Assembly (NCBI RefSeq): GCF_004365815.1
Contig: NZ_SODD01000023.1
Location: forward strand, 1-32,000
Reading direction: 5' to 3'
Length of the DNA: 32,000 nucleotides
Source of the DNA: Breznakia blatticola
GTDB lineage: Bacteria > Bacillota_I > Bacilli_A > Erysipelotrichales > Erysipelotrichaceae
A model generated the notes under the pieces. That model had not been told where the DNA came from. It made no database searches and was given only the letters and a program-made list of their open reading frames with translations. Below, piece by piece: positions 29,499-32,000 of the stretch. How positions within the stretch are numbered: position 1 is the first letter of the stretch; the number at the start of each line of letters is the position of its first letter. Position numbers and translations under genes: made by a program.

Positions 29499-32000
29499 TT
29501 ATGAATCAAGTAAATGTTCCTCTTTTGCTTTAAGTACAGCATCCATTGCATTATCAACACATAACTTTTTGTATGCTTCACTTAAGTGATATTTTACAGT
29601 ATGAATGGTAAGTCCTGTCATCTGTGCAATCTCTGCATTTTTATACCCTTCACTTAATAGCTGTACCATGTGTTTTTGTTGCTTAGAAAGTTTTAGTTTT
29701 GGTGGACGTATATACTGTGTAATCCCTTTGTGTTTACTTGCTTTTTCATGTGTTGCAAGAATTACTTTATGTAAGAAATTTGCATCAATTTCTTGATGAT
29801 GTGTTCCACTATCCACTACAGTTGCTAAACGTTTCAATACAGGTAGTATTGCACCACCTTCATTGGCAATAATACGAATAAACTCATATGGTTGTAAGAT
29901 GAGTAATACATCTTCAATTGTTTCCAATGCTTTTTTACGTTGGCGCAATGCCCATTCAATGGATGCACGCAATACTTTTGCTTCAGCTATATCAAGTGGA
30001 CGATGAAACTGTGTTGCTAGTAATTCAAGTCTATCAATGAATTGTAATGCTTGTTCACTTTGTCCTAAAACGATATAGGCTCTAGCTGTCGTAAAATATT
30101 GATATATCTTATACAAGTAGAAATCATCATCAATAATGTAATAATTATCCAACCAACTTTTTGCTACTTCTTGATTTGCATCTTGAAGTTGTACTCTTGC
30201 TTTAAATGCTTCAAAGTTTAAATAGAATTGTGGATTATTATCCTGAATAATAAATGTCTGAATTTCCTCTATCGTTTGGTTTAGATTTTTTTGGTCATCT
30301 AAAGTAGCATATGTAGTTGCTTTAGTCATTAATAAACAGAAACCCTGTTCTCCGCTTTGTTCACCTTTCTTTGATGATAAGGTTTTATCAATCAGTGCAA
30401 GTGATTCATTCAACTTGTTTTTCTCATATAAGAAGTCTGCTTGTAAAGCATAGAGTATGTTTCTAACAAACGAACCAAATAATGGAGTAATAAACGTAAA
30501 TATTCTCTGTAAGCTTTTTCCTTTTGCAAGTTCACTATAGTCTCTAGCTGACCGATAGAAATGAGGAAGTTGCATTGTAACTGTATTCCATTGTAAGTTT
30601 TTCTTAAAGTTGATTTTTGCTAAATGCTTTACCAGTTTTTTTAGAATAGAACCAACACTTTTTCGATAATCAATAAGTGTCATCAAAATAACATCGGATT
30701 CAAACTGTGCATGTTCTTTAGAAATAATTGGTAAGTTTTTTTCAATCATATCCAAACACCATTCACATGTAGTAGCATCTCCTACAATCAAACTATATCC
30801 AGCATATTGTGAATATAAATATGGATGTTCATCTAGAACAACTCGTAATGACTGTTCTTCTAATAAGCTGCTATACACACTAATGAAGTTTTCTACTGAT
30901 AAAATATTACTATCTACTGAATCGTCTTCATCAATTGCGTAGTTCGTGATATCTATCGTTTCTTTATCTCTACTTTTTATTGCATATTTTCTAGCTAGAA
31001 AGATTCGATTTTCTTTTAAATAATGAAGTGAGACCACCTTATAAAGATCTTCACTTTTGATATGTTCATGTTTCCTTCGTACATCTGCTAAAAACAGCAG
31101 CAACAAAGAGTGATAACTGTAGGTATCTTTCCCTGTTTTATTCACAAAGAAATTTCCAGTACATAATGCATCAAGAATCTCTTGACTATCTTTTCTATTT
31201 GAAAGTAAATTTGCCATTTCCACACTAATATCTTCCACGATTGAAGTACGTAGTAAAAACTCTTGTATCTCAGTATCAAAGTTGTCCCATAGTTGTGTCT
31301 CAATATAATTTGAAAACACCATACCACCATCTGTTGTCGTTGGTTTGGTCAGTCCACTCATAGCTAATGCATTAATTCCAATCGCCCAACCTTCTGTGAT
31401 TTGTAGAATCTCTTTTGCATCTTCTAATGTGATTTTATTTCCGTATGTTAAAAACTGCTGATGAATTTCTACTTCTGAAAATGCAAAATCTTTCTTCGTT
31501 AACAAATTGACATTATCTTTACCTATCTGATCAAGATACTCATGATTTGGTTCATTACTTGTAATAACTACAATCGTAAAACATTTTGGTAAACGTCTTT
31601 TCACCATTAAAAATGCTTTGAGTATTTCTTTGTTAGTTACTAGTTGTGCACGATCTAACACAATTACATACGATGTCCCATTTGGTATAAACGAAGTAAT
31701 CAATTCAATACTATGTTCAACTGGAAGCGTATTAAATGTTGGACTTGCCAGAATTTTAGCCATTGCCTCATTATCCGATTGAAACGAGTAAATCCCCATA
31801 CACAACAATCGATAAAATGCAGTCAACGTATTATCATATTCATCCAAGTCTATCCACACATATGGAAACTTACTATATTCTAACCACTGTATTACTGCTG
31901 TTGTTTTCCCAAATCCCGATGGTGCGCAAATATAAATAATGTCTTTATTCGTCCCTATTGTAAGTGTATTTAGTAAGGCATATCTATATGTATAATTCTC
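29499..32000 (-). CDS. MalT-like STAND NTPase / LuxR-family transcriptional regulator (5' end outside the window)
   Basis: The C-terminal LuxR HTH reads LSKQQKHMVQLLSEGYKNAEIAQMTGLTIHTVKYHLSEAYKKL, preceded by a long helical/TPR-like middle. The frame stays open upstream of the ORF-track GTG at 31859 and encodes a Walker A (ICAPSGFGKTTAV, about 31915-31950). The gene is therefore truncated by the window edge. Confidence 0.85.
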   Translation of the reverse strand, partial: ENYTYRYALLNTLTIGTNKDIIYICAPSGFGKTTAVIQWLEYSKFPYVWIDLDEYDNTLTAFYRLLCMGIYSFQSDNEAMAKILASPTFNTLPVEHSIELITSFIPNGTSYVIVLDRAQLVTNKEILKAFLMVKRRLPKCFTIVVITSNEPNHEYLDQIGKDNVNLLTKKDFAFSEVEIHQQFLTYGNKITLEDAKEILQITEGWAIGINALAMSGLTKPTTTDGGMVFSNYIETQLWDNFDTEIQEFLLRTSIVEDISVEMANLLSNRKDSQEILDALCTGNFFVNKTGKDTYSYHSLLLLFLADVRRKHEHIKSEDLYKVVSLHYLKENRIFLARKYAIKSRDKETIDITNYAIDEDDSVDSNILSVENFISVYSSLLEEQSLRVVLDEHPYLYSQYAGYSLIVGDATTCEWCLDMIEKNLPIISKEHAQFESDVILMTLIDYRKSVGSILKKLVKHLAKINFKKNLQWNTVTMQLPHFYRSARDYSELAKGKSLQRIFTFITPLFGSFVRNILYALQADFLYEKNKLNESLALIDKTLSSKKGEQSGEQGFCLLMTKATTYATLDDQKNLNQTIEEIQTFIIQDNNPQFYLNFEAFKARVQLQDANQEVAKSWLDNYYIIDDDFYLYKIYQYFTTARAYIVLGQSEQALQFIDRLELLATQFHRPLDIAEAKVLRASIEWALRQRKKALETIEDVLLILQPYEFIRIIANEGGAILPVLKRLATVVDSGTHHQEIDANFLHKVILATHEKASKHKGITQYIRPPKLKLSKQQKHMVQLLSEGYKNAEIAQMTGLTIHTVKYHLSEAYKKLCVDNAMDAVLKAKEEHLLDS

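Noticed and set aside
31857-31859. The ORF-track start (GTG) of the LuxR-type regulator at 31859.
   Set aside because: The same frame remains open to the window edge and encodes a P-loop (ICAPSGFGKTTAV) typical of MalT-like STAND N-termini. The true start is therefore beyond position 32000.
1-32000. Looked for evidence of a mobile element, prophage or genomic-island boundary: integrase, transposase, a tRNA gene, long direct repeats or an abrupt composition shift.
   Set aside because: I recognised none of these. Composition looks uniformly AT-rich by eye, and almost all genes are co-oriented. I cannot compute GC skew or k-mer statistics here.

Overview
This is a low-GC Bacillota-type chromosomal segment. 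I can support 27 protein-coding genes, and 26 of them lie on the minus strand. I recognised no rRNA, tRNA, CRISPR array, transposase or integrase.

Left third (0.7-12.4 kb): a PTS sugar-uptake island.
- A glv/malH-type alpha-glucoside operon: RpiR regulator, EIICB, GH4 6-phospho-alpha-glucosidase and EIIA.
- An operon laid out as RAT-EIIA-BglG-type antiterminator-RAT-EIIBC.
- A third operon that starts with an intact but catalytically degenerate EIIC-EIIB-like protein, followed by a second antiterminator and a normal EIICB.
- The only plus-strand gene in the window, a divergent EIIA variant. It is followed by an apparently orphan RAT/terminator that points into the 3' end of a convergent MFS transporter gene.

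Middle (12.5-19.7 kb): a small hypothetical gene plus the MFS transporter, a FecCD-type iron/siderophore ABC importer, a solitary purC and an arsC/LMW-phosphatase-like gene.

Right third (19.8-32 kb):
- A tightly coupled, uncharacterised operon (91-aa, 251-aa and 554-aa SWIM zinc-finger proteins) with a trailing zinc-ribbon/PH-domain gene.
- A fused MacB-type ABC ATPase/permease with an unusually large extracytoplasmic domain.
- A 936-aa repeat-rich surface protein with a non-LPXTG sorting-like signal.
- A MalT/LuxR STAND regulator that runs off the window edge.

My best candidate for an undescribed system is the SWIM operon. The second is the non-catalytic PTS-like module together with the orphan RAT. 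All functional calls rest on motif recognition by eye; no database search was possible.
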